From NCBI RefSeq assembly GCF_964355755.1, contig NC_092676.1:11385888-11449887 (forward strand): a DNA stretch of 64,000 bases, in the 5' to 3' direction. This DNA is from Antedon mediterranea. Its lineage: Eukaryota; Animalia; Echinodermata. The notes under the pieces are model-generated. The model was not told where the DNA came from. It searched no databases and worked only from the letters and a program-made list of their open reading frames with translations. A program made the position numbers and the translations under genes. Shown here one piece after another: positions 27,001-41,215 of the stretch (positions are counted from its first letter, which is position 1; every line of letters begins with the position of its first letter).

Positions 27001-30000
27001 GATACAGATTATACTGTGTATACTATATATGAATTTATATATAGATAAAATTCAGCAATAACAACATATCATATTCTTCAGTTCAGGTCATAATGCCAAC
27101 GTGACCACTTCCTTTTGTCCTCAACCTATCCCCTTAATGTTAATGTTGCACCACTTGCGCGGCGGATAACCAAACTCGTCAAAGTGACGAGTTACATGTC
27201 TAGTTCTTCTTTCTTTCTGTCATTTTTGTGGGTCGCGTATCTCAAAAACGTGTAAACATAACATTTTATAACTTTGTCAACATGTGGGCATTTACGTGAA
27301 CTTGTGCACCTCCTATTTTTTAATGAAGTCAGAATTACGCAACGTGACTTACGCGCGATTTTATGAATTTCGCGTATTTGACATAGATCGAAAACCATAT
27401 AACATTTTAATTTGAAACTTATCAAAAGTTTAATTTATATCTTGCGCTAAGTTTTTGTGCAAAAAAAATTGCATGCTTTACACAAAGTTACGCGCGCACG
27501 CGCGTTTAAAATTTCAAAATGCGCAAAATTAATTTCTAATCAACTTTCTACGCGTTTCATGTAATTTTAAACATGTCAAAAATTCCCAGGCCCGCGCAAA
27601 TTTGTACGCGCGCGGTACGCACGTAGAGTTAAAAACATATTTTTTTCGCGTGATTTATGTTTGTTCAGCCTTTTCTAGTAATTTTACCAACTTTTAAACA
27701 ATTTCGACTTCAAATTACGTCATACGAGCACGTTGAATTGTACAATTTGTGCGCGTTTTTGATCAAAAAGTTAAAAAAATCGTAAAAATTATGCCTTTTT
27801 TTAAACAGTCGGAATTTCTAAACTACACGATCAACTTTTTGTGGATGACATATTCTGGAATTTAATGAGTTGTAGATATCGGATCATGTATTAATATGAC
27901 TAACCGGATATTGTGACGTCATCGTATGGCAACGCGAATATAAAATTTAGGATTTTTGTATCTTTCGTCATAGCTCATCACATTTAATAGAGCGCATCTC
28001 CACTTATCCGTTTTCCATTTTCACTTCGATTTTGATATTGTCTAGGACAATCAACTATCTTTGGCACGAGTTAAAAAAAAATGTATTTTTATGACGTCAT
28101 CATGCCTAAAACTTTTAATTACGTGTGGCCAGGCATTAATTTCATCTTTACAGTAAATTTTAATCTGTTATAGCTCGTAAGAATAAAATGTGATAATTAC
28201 GATTAAAACGTTTTCTGGAAGCTATTGGATTGTAGATACGAAATCACGTGAAAATGTTGCCAATCGGATGTTGTGACGTCATCATATGGCCAGTTAAATA
28301 AAAAATGTCGTATTTTGATCTTTGCGTCATAATTCATTACATTTAAAAGACCGCGCATCAATATTTCACGTATTCAAATTTCTTCTACACGTTAATATGT
28401 TGTTGTTGAGATAATATCCTTCCGAAATTGCTACCTTCGCGTTACATTTTAAAATGGTCAACATTTTAAAAATTGCAATAAATGACACGTCCCAAAATTT
28501 CACTTATTCTACACTGTATGTAATTATTTATACATATTATACTATATATTATACTATATGACACAAAATTGACAGAATTTAGCACCAACATATCATATTC
28601 TTCAGTTCAGGTCATAATGCCATAATTTTTTTCTGTGTGCAATATTCTAACGTATGACGTGCCCGTGGCGTTTGTCGTGCGGATAACTAACTCGTCAAAG
28701 TGACGAGTTACATGTCTAGTCTTAATCTTCTTTCTTTCTGTATGATTTTTGTGTAACGCTTTTCTCTAAAACTTGCAAACATAACATTTTGTTAACTATG
28801 TTAACATTTTGACATTTATGTAACGTCGTCAAGCGAAGCTTTTCATGATGTTTACAATTGCGCAACGTGACGTACGCGCGATTTAACGATTTTCTCGTAT
28901 TTAACATATGTCGAAAACCAAATAACATTTTAAAGTGAAACTTTGCAAAAGTTTAATTTATATCATGCGCTAACTTTCTGTTGAAAAAAATTGCGTGTTT
29001 TACACAAAGTTACGCGCGCACGCGCATTTAAAATTTCAAAATGCGCAAAATTAATTTATAATCAACTTTCTACGCGTTTCATGTCGTTTTAAGCATGTCA
29101 AAAATTCCCACGCGTGCGCACATTTTTACGTGTGCGGTGCGCACGTAGCATTGAAAACGTATTTTTTTCGCGTGATTTATGTTTTTCCAGCCTTTTCTAG
29201 TAATTTTACCAAATTTTAAACAATTTCGACTTAAAGATACATCATACGAGCACGTCGAATTGGACAATTTGCGCGCGTTTTTTATGAAAAGGTTAAAAAA
29301 TTCGTTTAAAATATGCCTTTTTTTAAACAGTCGTAATTTCTAAACTAGACGGTCAACTTTTTGTGGATGACATATTCTGGAAGTAGATGAGATGTAGGTA
29401 TCGGATCATGCATTAATATGGCTAACCGGACATTGTGACGTCATCGTATGGCCACGCGAATATAAAATATAGGATTTTTGTCTCTTTCGTCATAGCTCAT
29501 CACATTTAATAGAGCGCATCTCCACTTATTCGTTGTCCATTTTCACCCCGATTTTAATATGTTCTAGGTCAATCAACTATCTTTTGCATGAATTAAAAAT
29601 ATTTTAATTTTTTCAACGTCATCATGCCTAAAAATTTAAATTACGTTGGTCATTAATTTCATCTTTACAGTAAATTTTAATCTGTTATAGCTCGTAAGAA
29701 TAAAATGTGATAATCACGATTAAAACGTTTTCAGGAAGCTATTGTATTGTAGATACAAAATCATGTGAAAATTGTGCCAATCGAATGTTGTGACGTCATC
29801 ATATGGCCAGTTAAATACAAAAAGTCGTATTTTCATTTTTTGCGTTATATTTCATTACATTTAAAAGAGCGCGCATCAATATTTCACGTATTCAAATTTC
29901 TTCTACACGTTAATATGTTGTTGCTGAGATAATTTCATTCTGAAATTTCTACTTTTGCATTTCATTTTGAAACCGTCAAGATGTTAAAAATGACAATAAA

Positions 30001-33000
30001 ATACGGGTCCCGTAATTTCACCTATTTTACACTGTTTGTGATATGTATACAGATTGTACTGTGTATACTATGTATATGACACAAAATAACAGAATTCAGA
30101 AATAACAACATATCATATTCTTCAGTTCAGGTCATAATGCCTTAATAGTTTTCTGTGTGCAATATTCTAACGTATGACGTGCACGTGGCGTTTGTCGAGC
30201 GGATAACTAACTCGTCAAAGTGACGAGTTTCATGTCTAGTCTTCTTTCTTTCTGTATGATTTTTGTGTAACGCTTTTCTCTAAAACTTGCAAACATAACA
30301 TTTTGTTAACTATGTTAACATTTTGACATTTATGTAACGTCGTCAAGCGAAGCTTTTCATGATGTTTACAATTGCGCAACGTGACGTACGCGCGATTTAA
30401 CGATTTTCTCGTATTTAACATATGTCAAAAACCAAATAACATTTTAAAGTGAAACTTTGCAAAAGTTTAATTTATATCATGTGCTAACTTTCTGTTGAAA
30501 AAAAATTGCGTGTTTTACAAAAAGTTACGCGCGCACGCGCATTTAAAATTTCAAAATGCGCAAAATTAATTTATAATCAACTTTCTACGCGTTTCATGTC
30601 GTTTTAAGCATGTCAAAAATTCCCACGCGTGCGCACATTTTTACGTGTGCGGTGCGCACGTAGCATGGAAAACGAATTTTTTTCGCGTGATTTATGTTTT
30701 TCCAGCCTTTTCTAGTCATTTTACCAAATTTTAAACAATTTCGATTTAAAGATACGTCATACGAGCACGTCGAATTGGACAATTTGCGCGCGTTTTTTAT
30801 GAAAAGGTTAAAAAATTCGTTTAAAATATGCCTTTTTTTAAACAGTCGTAATTTCTAAACTGGACGGTCAACTTTTTGTGGATGGGATATTCTGGAAGTA
30901 GATGAGTTGTAGATATGGGATCAGGTATTAATATGGCTAACCGGACATTGTGACGTCATCGTATGGCCACGCGAATATAAAATTTAGGATTTTTGTATCT
31001 TTCGTCATAGCTCATCACATTGAATAGAGCGCATCTCCACTTATCCGTTTTCACCCCGATTTTGACATTGTCTAGGTCAATCAACTATCTTTCGCATGAG
31101 TTAAAAATATTTTAATTTTTTTGACGTCATCATGCCTAAAAATTAAAATCACGTGTGGCAGTAATTTCATCTTTACAGTAAATTTTAATCTGTTATAGCT
31201 CGTAAGAATAAAATGTGATAATCACGATTAAAACTTTTTCTGGAAGCTATTGGATTGTAGATACGAAATTATGTAAAAATGTTGCCAATCGGATGTTGTG
31301 ACGTCATCATATGGCCAGTTAAATAAAAAAGGTCGTATTTTCATTTTTTGCGTTATAATTCATTACATTTAAAAGAGCGCGCATCAATATTTCACGTATT
31401 CAAATTTCTTCTACACGTTAATACGTTGTTGCTGAGATAATTTGCTTTCGGAATTACTACCTTCGCGTTTCATTTTAAAACCGTCAACATGTTAAAAATT
31501 GCAATAAATAGCGGGTCCCGTAATTTCACCTATTCTACACTGTATGTGATATGGATACAGATTATACTGTGTATACTATATATGAATTTAAATAATAAAA
31601 TTCAGCAATAACAACATATCATATTCTTCAGTTCAGGTCATAATGCCAACGTGAACACTTCCTTTTGTCCTCAACCTATCCCCTTAATGTTAATGTTGCA
31701 CCACTTGCGCGGCGGATAACCAAACTCGTCAAAGTGACGAGTTACATGTCTAGTTATTAGTTTTTGGTTATCCGCAACGAAGTTGCAGGATAACCTCTTG
31801 TGATTGTACGAAATCATCATCATCATCATCATCATCAACTTTTTTGGTTATCCGCAACGAAGTTGCAGGATAACCTCTTGTGATTGTACGAAATCATCAT
31901 CATCAACATCTTTTTCTTAATCTTCTTTCTTTCTGTATGATTTTTGTGTAACGCTTTTCTCTAAAACTTGCAAACATAACATTTTGTTAACTATGTTAAC
32001 ATTTTGACATTTATGTAACGTCGTCAAGCGAAGCTTTTCATGATGTTTACAATTGCGCAACGTGACGTACGCGCGATTTAACGATTTTCTTGTATTTAAC
32101 ATATGTCGAAAACCAAATAACATTTTAAAGTGAAACTTTGCAAAAGTTTAATTTATATCATGCGCTAACTTTCTGTTGAAAAAAAATTGCGTGTTTTACA
32201 CAAAGTTACGCGCGCACGCGCATTTAAAATTTCAAAATGCGCAAAATTAATTTATAATCAACTTTCTTCGCGTTTCAAGTCGTGTTAAGCATGTCAAAAA
32301 TTCCCACGCGTGCGCAAATTTTTACGTGTGCGGTGCGCACGTAGCATTGAAAACGTATTTTTTTTCGCGTGATTTATGTTTTTCCAGCCTTTTCTAGTAA
32401 TTTTACCAAATTTTAAACAATTTCGACTTAAAGATACGTCATACGAGCACGTCGAATTGGACAATTTGCGCGCGTTTTTTATGAAAAGGTTAAAAAATTC
32501 GTTTAAAATATGCCTTTTTTTAAACAGTCGTAATTTCTAAACTAGACGGTCAAATTTTTGTGGATGACATATTCTAGAAGTAGATGAGTTGTAGAGATCG
32601 GATCAGGTATTAATATGGCTAACCGGACATTGTGACGTCATCGTATGGTCACGCGAATATAAAATTTAGGATTTTTGTATCTTTCGTCATAGCTCATCAC
32701 ATTGAATAGAGCGCATCTCCATTTATCCGTTTTCCATTTTCACCCCGATTTTGATATTGTGTAGGTCAATCAACTATCTTTCGCATGAGTTAAAAATATT
32801 TTAATTTTTTTGACGTCATCATGCCTAAAAATTTAAATCACGTGTGGCATCAATTTCATCTTTACCGTAAATTTTATTCTGTTATAGCTCGTAAGAATAA
32901 AATGTGATAATCACGATTAAAACTTTTTCTGGAAGCTATTGGATTGTAGATACGAAATTATGTAAAAATGTTGCCCATCGGATGTTGTGACGTCATCATA

Positions 33001-36000
33001 TGGCCAGTTAAATAAAAAAGGTCGTATTTTCATCTTTTGCGTCATAATTCATTACATTTAAAAGAGCGCGCATCAATATTTCACGTATTCAAATTTCTTC
33101 TAAACGCTAATACGTTGTTGCTGAGATAATTTCCTTTCGGAATTGCTACCTTCGCGTTTCATTTTAAAACCGTCAACATGTTAAAAATTGCAATAAATAG
33201 CGGGTCCCGTAATTTCACCTATTCTACACTGTATGTGATATGGATACAGATTATACTGTGTATACTATATATGAATTTAAATAATAAAATTCAGCAATAA
33301 CAACATATCATATTCTTCAGTTCAGGTCATAATGCCAACGTGAACACTTCCTTTTGTCCTCAACCTATCCCCTTAATGTTAATGTTGCACCACTTGCGCG
33401 GCGGATAACCAAACTCGTCAAAGTGACGAGTTACATGTCTAGTTAGTTATCCGCACTCAGCGGATAACTCCTTGCAACTGTCCTGTTACTTTTTAGTTAT
33501 CCGCACTTGGCGGATAACTCCTTGTTATTGTATGGGATCAATATTTTTTTCTGTATTATTCTACTTTCTTTCTCGCTATTTTTGTGTAGAGCGTTTCTCT
33601 AAAATGTGTAAACATAACATTTTATAACTTTGACAACATGTGGGCATTTACGTGAAGTTGTGCACCTCCTATTTTTGAATTACGTCAGAGTTGCGCAACG
33701 TGACTTACGCGCGATTTTATGATTTTTTATGATTGATCATAGATTAAAAAATAAAAGTGATTTTTAATTGACACTTTGTGAAAGTTTAATTTATATCATG
33801 CGCTAACTTTCTGTTTGAAAAAAATTGCGTGTTTTACACAAAGTTACGCGCGCACGCGCATTTAAAATTTCAAAATGCGCAAAAATAATTTCTAATCAAC
33901 TTTCTACGCGTTTCATGTCATTTTAAGCATGTACAAAATTACCGCGCGCGCGAAAAATATTACGCGCACGGTGCGCATAGAGCATGAAAATCATGTTTTT
34001 TTCTCTTGAATTGTGATTTTCCAGCCTTTCCTAGTCATTTTCAAAAAGATTGACATCATTTCAAATTAAAATTAAGTCATACGAACACGTTGATTTAGCC
34101 CATTTGCGCGCGTTTTAGTTGAAAAAGTTACAAAATGTTGTCAAAATTATGCTTATTTTGAATGTTTTATAGCTTCTCAGGATCAACGATTACCCCTAAT
34201 TTTTTTAACTTAATATGTAAGCAGATATGTTGTAGATATGAATTCATGCAGAATTTTTACCTCACGGATGTTGTGACGTCATCATATGGCCACACGAATG
34301 TAAAATATAGGATTTTTTTGTCTTTCGTTATTGCTCATCACATTCAATGGAGCGCATCACGCTTATACGTATTTCTTTTTCTCCGAGATTTTAATATGTC
34401 TAGGTCAATCAACTATCTTTCGCATGAGATAAAAATATTTTAATTTTTATGACGTCATCATGCCTAAAAATTTTAATTACGTGGGTCATTAATTTCATCT
34501 TTACAGTAAATTTTAATCTGTAATAGCCCGTCAAAATAAAATGTGATAATCACGATTAAAACATTTTCTGGAAGCTCTTGGATTGTAGATATGAAATCAT
34601 GTGAACATTTTGCCAATCAGATGCTGTGACGTCATCATATTGCAAGTTAAATAAAAAAAGTCGTATTTTCATCTTTTGCATCATAGTTCATTATATTTAA
34701 AGAGCGCGCATCAATATTAAACGTATTCAAATTTCTTCTACACGTTAATATGTTGTTGCTGAGATAATTTGCTTCCGAAATTGCTATCTTAGTGTTTCAT
34801 CTTGATACCGTCGCCATGTTACAAATTTGAATAAATGGCGGGTCCCGTAATTTCACCTATTCTACACTGTATGTAACATGTATACAGATTATACTGTTTG
34901 CATGTATATACTATATAACACAAAATTGACAGAATTCAGCACTAACAACATATCATATTCTTCAGATCAGGTCATAATGCCATAATTTTTTCTGTGTGCA
35001 ATATTCTAACGTATGACGTGCACGTGGCGTTTGTCGTGCGGATAACTAACTCGTCAAAGTGACGAGTTACATGTCTAGTTTTTTTTTTTTTCTTTCTTTC
35101 TCCTCTATTTTTGTGTCTCGCGTATCTCAAAAACGTGCAAACATAACATGTTATAACTTTGTCAGCATGAGATCATTCAGGTGAAGTTGTGCACCTCCTA
35201 TTTTTGAATGACGTCAGAGTTGCGCAACATGACTTACGCGCATTTTTACGAATTTCGCCTATTTAACATAGATTGAAAACCATATAGCAATTTAAATTGA
35301 AACTTAACAAAAGTTTAATTGATATCTTGCGCTAACTGAATGTGAAAAAAAATTGGCATGTTTCACACGAAGTTACGCGTGCACGCGCGTTTAAAATTTC
35401 AAAATGCGAAAAATCAATATCTAATCAACTTTCTACGCGTTTCATGTCATTTAGAGCATGTAAAAAATTCCCACGTGCGCTCAAATTTTTACGCGCGCGG
35501 TACGCACGTAGCGTTGAAAACAATTTTTTTTCGCGCGATTTATGTTTTTCCAGCCTTTTCTAGTAATTTTACCAACTTTTGAACAATTTCGACTTAAAAT
35601 TACGTCATACGGGCACGTTGAATTGGATAATTTACGTGCATTTTTGATGAAAAAGTTCAAAAAATTGTCAAAATTTGTCAAAATTATGCCCTTTTTTAAA
35701 CAGTCGTAGTTCCTAAACTAAACGGTGAAAGTAATTTTTTTTGCATATTCTGAAAGTTGATGAGTTGTAGATTTTGGATCATGCATTAATATGGCTAACC
35801 GAACATTGTGACGTCACCGTATGGCCATGCGAATATAAAATATAGGGTTTTTGTATCTTTCATCATAGCGCATGACATTTAATAGAGCGCATCTCCAATT
35901 ATCTGTTTTCCATTTTTACCCCGATTTTTATATTATCTAGGTCAATCAACTATCTTTCGTATGAGTTAAAAATATTTTAATTTTTATGACGTCATCATGT

Positions 36001-39000
36001 CTAAAAATGTAAATAACGTGGGTCACTTATTTTCGTCTTTACAGTAAATTTCAATCTGTTATAGCTCGTCAGAATAAAACGTGATAATCATGATTAAAAC
36101 GTTTTCTGGAAGTTATTGGATTGTAGATACGAATTTATGTAAACATTTTCCCAATCGGATGTTGTGACGTCATCATATGACCAGTTAAATAAAAAAAGTC
36201 GTATTTTCATCTTTTGCGTCATAATTCATCACATTTAAAAGAGCGCGCATCAATATTTTACGTATTTAAATTTCTTCTACACGTTAATATGTTGTTGCCG
36301 AGATAATTTCCTTCCGAAATTGCTATCTTAGTGTTTCATTTTGATACCGTCGCCATGTTAAAAATTGGAATAAATGGCGGGTCCAGTCATTTCACCTATT
36401 CTACACTGTATGTAATATGTATACAGATTATATTGTATATACTATATATGACAAAAAATAACAGAATTCAGCAATAACAACATATCATATTCTTCAGTTC
36501 AGGTCATATTGCCAAAATCTTTTTCTGTGTGCAATATTCTAACGTATGACGTGCACGTGGCCTTTGTCGTGCGGATAACTAACTCGTCAAAGTGACGAGT
36601 TACATGTCTAGTTAGTTATCCGCACTATGGCGGATAACTCCTTGTAACTGTTCTGTTTCATCATCTTTTTTTTTTTTTTTTTTTTCTGTATTATTCTTCT
36701 TTCTTTCTGTCATTTTTGTGCAGAGCGTATCTCTAAACGTGTAAACTTAACATTTTATAACTTTGTCAACATATGGGCAATCACGTGAAGTTGTGCTTTC
36801 CTATAATTGAATGACGTCAGAGTTGCGCAACATGACTTACGCGCGTTTTTATGAATTTCGCGTATTTAACATAGATCGAAAACCATATAACAATTTAAAT
36901 TGAAACTTAGCAAAAGTCTAATTTATATCGTGCGCTAACTTTTTGTGCACTAAAAATGGCATGTTTTACACGAAGTTACGCGCGCACGCGCGTTTAAAAT
37001 TTTACAATGCGAAAAATCAATTTCTAATCAACTTTCTACGCGTTTCATGTCATTTTGAGCATGTCAAAAATTCCCACACGTGCGCAAATTTTTACGCGCG
37101 TGGTGCACACGTAGCGTTAAAAACGTCATTTTTTCGAGTGATTTATGTTTTTCCAGTCTTTTCTAGTAATTTTACCAACTTTTAAACAATTTCGACTTCA
37201 AATTACGTCATACGAGCACGTAGAATATGATAATTTTCGCGCTTTTTTGATGAAAAACTTCAAAAATTCGTCAAAATTAAGCCTTTTTTTAAACAATCGT
37301 AGTTTCTAAACTAAACGGTAAAAATTATTTTTATTACATATTCTGGAAGTTGATGAGTTGTAGATATCAGATCATGCATTAATATGGCTAACCGGACATT
37401 GTGACGTCATCGTATGGCCACGCGAATATGAAATTTAGGATTTTTGTATCTTTTGTCATAACTCCTCACATTTAATAGAGCGCATCTCCACTTATCCGTT
37501 TTCCATTTTCACCCCGATTTTGATATTGTCTAGGTCAATCAACTATCTTTAGCATGAGTTAAAAATATTTTAATTTTTATGACGTCATCATGCCTAAAAA
37601 TTTAAATTACGTGTGGCATTAATTTCATCTTTACAGTAAATTTCAATCTGTTATAGCTCGTAAGAATAAAATGTGATAATCACGATTAAAACGTTTTCTT
37701 GAAGCTATTGGATTGTAGATACAAAATAATGTTAAAATTTTGCCAATCGGATGTGGTGACGTCATCATATGGCCAGTTAAATAAAAAAAGTCGTATTTTC
37801 ATATTTTGCATCATAGTTCATTACATTTAAAAGAGCGCGCATTAATATTTCACCTATTCAAATTTCTTCTACACGTTAATATGTTGTTGCTGAGATAATT
37901 TCCTTCCAAAATTGCTACTTTCGCATTTCATTTTAAAACCATCAACATGTTAAAAATTGCAATAAATAGCGGGTCCCGTAATTTTCCCTATTCTACACTG
38001 TATGTGATATGTATACAGATTACACTGTGTATACTATATATGAATCAAAATAATAGAATTCAGCAATAACAACATATCATAGTCTTCGGTTTAGGTCATA
38101 ATGCCATAATCTTTTTCCGTGTGCAATATTGCAACGTATGGCGTGCACGTGGCGTTTGTCGTGCGGATAACTAACTCGTCAAAGTGACGAGTTTCATGTC
38201 TAGTATTCTTCTTCTTTCTTTCTGTATGATTTTTGTGTAACGCTTTTCTCTAAAACTCGCAAACATAACATTTTGGTAACTATCTTAACATATTGACATT
38301 TACGTAACGTCGTCGACCGAAGCTTTTCATGACGTTTACAATTGCGCAACGTGACTTACGCGCGATTTAACGATTTTGTCTTATTTAACATAGCTCGACA
38401 ACCAAATAACATTTCAACTTGAAACTTTGTAAAAGTTTAATTTATATCATGCGCTAACTTTCTGTTGAAAAAAAATTGCGTGTTTTACACAAAGTTACGC
38501 GCGCACGCGCATTTAAAATTTCAAAATGCGCAAAATTAATTTATAATCAACTTTCTACGCGTTTCATGTCGTTTTAAGCATGTAAAAAATTCCCACGCGT
38601 GCGCACATTTTTACGTGTGCGGTGCGCACGTAGCATTGAAAACGTATTTTTTTCGCGTGATTTATGTTTTTCCAGCCTTTTCTAGTAATTTTACCAAATT
38701 TTTAACAATTTCCACTTAAAGATACGTCATACGAGCACGTCGAATTGGACAATTTGCGCGCGTTTTTTATGAAAAGGTTAAAAAATTCGTTTAAAATATG
38801 CCTTTTTTTAAACAGTCGTAATTTCTAAACTAGACGGTCAAATTTTTGTGGATGACATATTCTAGAAGTAGATGAGTTGTAGATATCGGATCAGGTATTA
38901 ATATGGCTAACCGGACATTATGACGTCATCGTATGGCCACGCGAATATAAAATTTAGGATTTTTGTATCTTTCGTCATAGCTCATCACATTGAATAGAGC

Positions 39001-41215
39001 GCATCTCCACTTTTCCGTTTTCCATTTTCACCCCGATTTTGATATTGTCTAGGTCAATCAACTATCTTTCGCATGAGTTAAAAATGTTTTAATTTTTTTG
39101 ACGTCATCATGCCTAAAAATTTAAATCACCTGTGGCATCAATTTCATCTTTACAGTAAATTTTAATCTGTTATAGCTCGTAAGAATAAAATGTGATAATC
39201 ACGATTAAAACTTTTTCTGGAAGGTATTGGATTGTAGATACGAAATTATGTAAAAATATTGCCAATCGGATGTTGTGACGTCATCATATGGCCAGTTAAA
39301 TAAAAAAGGTCGTATTTTCATCTTTTGCGTCATAATTCATTACATTTAAAAGAGCGCGCATCAATATTTCACGTATTCAAATTTCTTCTACACGCTAATA
39401 CGTTGTTGCTGAGATAATTTCCTTTCGGAATTGCTACCTTCGCGTTTCATTTTAAAACCGTCAACATGTTAAAAATTGCAATAAATAGCGGGTCCCGTAA
39501 TTTCACCTATTCTACACTGTATGTGATATGGATACAGATTATACTGTGTATACTATATATGAATTTAAATAATAAAATTCAGCAATAACAACATATCATA
39601 TTCTTCAGTTCAGGTCATAATGCCAACGTGAACACTTCCTTTTGTCCTCAACCTATCCCCTTAATGTTAATGTTGCACCACTTGCGCGGCGGATAACCAA
39701 ACTCGTCAAAGTGACGAGTTACATGTCTAGTCTTTTTATTGTTTCTGTACACTATTTTGTGTAACAATTATCTCAAAAAGTTTAATGTCAATGATTACCG
39801 AAATTTCAGAATATCTTTCAAATAATATAACTTAATCCTAATAAGCTTTCCAGCGTCATCACTCGTCCGTGACGTCATTTATACGCCATTTTGCGAAATC
39901 ACATTATCAATCATATCTCCATAAATCATTATCACATATTAATGAAATTCACTACACGTAAACTTCAGGTCAAGGGTAAAAATATTAGCAAACAAAAACG
40001 CACGCGCACGTAGGGTCATGCGCGTGAAATCACGCGTTAAAAATTTAAAATGCTCAAAATTAAGTTTTGATCAATTTAGAGCATGAATTAGGCCATTTGC
40101 GTGTTTCAAAAAATTACTGCGCAAAAATGTGAATTTTTTTTACAAATCTCATTCTACTCACCATCCTTAGTACATTCACCAAATTTGAGTCAGTTCCGAC
40201 TTAAAATAACGCTATACGAGCACGTTATAAATGACAAAATGCGCACATTAGTTGTACAAAAGTGCTAAAAATTGTAAAAAGTAGGGCCTTTTTAAAATGA
40301 ATATAACTCTTCAGAATGGAAGATGACCCCTAATTTTTTTAACTTAATATGGAAGCCAATAAGTTGTAGATATAAATGTATATACACATTAGACGTACAA
40401 AATGGTAAGACGTCATCAAATGGCCACTTCCATTAAAAAAATAGTAATTTTTATCTTTTTGTGTGGGTTATCACATTCAATAGAGCGCATCTCCGTTATT
40501 TGAACCCAATTTTCGCACAAATTTTAGTATGTGCTTGCTCAATTAATTATCTTTCTCATGAGTTGTCAACATTTTTATTTTGATGACGTCATCACGCGTA
40601 AAAACTTGAATAAACTAGGTCGTGTAATTTCAGCTACACCATATATTTGAATATCTCATAGCTCTTCAGAATTAAAGGTGACCTTGAAGATTATAACTTA
40701 TTATGAAAGCTGATGAAATGTAGATATGAATTCATATAAAAATTAAGCCTATCGGATGTTGTGATGTTATCATATGGCCAGTTGAAGTTAAAACGTAGTT
40801 TTTTAATTTCTTTAGAAGTTATACAAATTTCAAAGAGCACGCATTGCGCTTATACGTGTCAAATTCTCTTCCAATCCTTATATTTATTTGCTCAATTCAT
40901 TATTTTCGAAATTGTCATCTTCGAATTTATTTTGATAATTCCATTATACCAAAAAATTAGAACATGATGTGGGTCCCATAATTTTACCTATGCTACACTG
41001 TATATAGATATACAGTATATACTGTACATATTGTATATGACACATAATAGGCACAACTAAGCGCTATAAGTGTATATGCATCATGTCATAGGATGGCGTA
41101 CATCAACTTTTTACGATGGTATGTTAACGTACGTGCATGTTTAAAAAATGTTAATTTCATTAAATTGATGAAAATGATCACCTATAATTCGTCAAAGTGA
41201 CGAATTAAATTCTAG
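1..41215 (+). mobile_element. Array of nested non-autonomous Helentron/Helitron2-like elements (HINE/DINE-1-like), ~1.2-1.6 kb each; starts upstream of the window
   Basis: Tails GCGGATAAC(T/C)-aACTCGTCaaagtGACGAGTt-...-CTAGT with CTAG at 1271, 2726, 4259, 5922, 7899, 10296, 12026, 13464 (hairpin deleted), 14635, 16167, 17681, 19555, 21078, 22588, 24094, 25679, 27200, 28716, 30236, 31750, 33439, 35075, 36608, 38200, 39727, 41212. Heads TT(A/G)GTTATCCGC-loop-GCGGATAAC followed by T/CTT/CAT tracts. SubTIRs, 3' hairpin, T-flanked ends and no TSD match known HINE architecture. Confidence 0.85.
39731..41215 (+). mobile_element. Divergent headless HINE-like body, outermost member of the array
   Basis: Colinear with other units but clearly more diverged; ends AATTCGTCaaagtGACGAATT...CTAGT. 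Confidence 0.7.

Noticed and set aside
21082-28719. Segmental duplication or higher-order repeat (21082-22591 vs 27204-28719)
   Set aside because: Each copy bracket-pairs with its own same-type head (5994 and 1419), so independent insertions of one subfamily explain it better.
1-41215. Recurrent short ORFs (MFHTKLRAHARLKF..., MISFKLKCY..., MLNTRKSLN...)
   Set aside because: Chance frames in a non-coding repeat; broken by indels in most copies, with no domain motifs.
1-41215. Simple head-to-tail satellite or rolling-circle concatemer
   Set aside because: Neighbouring units belong to different subfamilies, and heads are clustered rather than one per unit.
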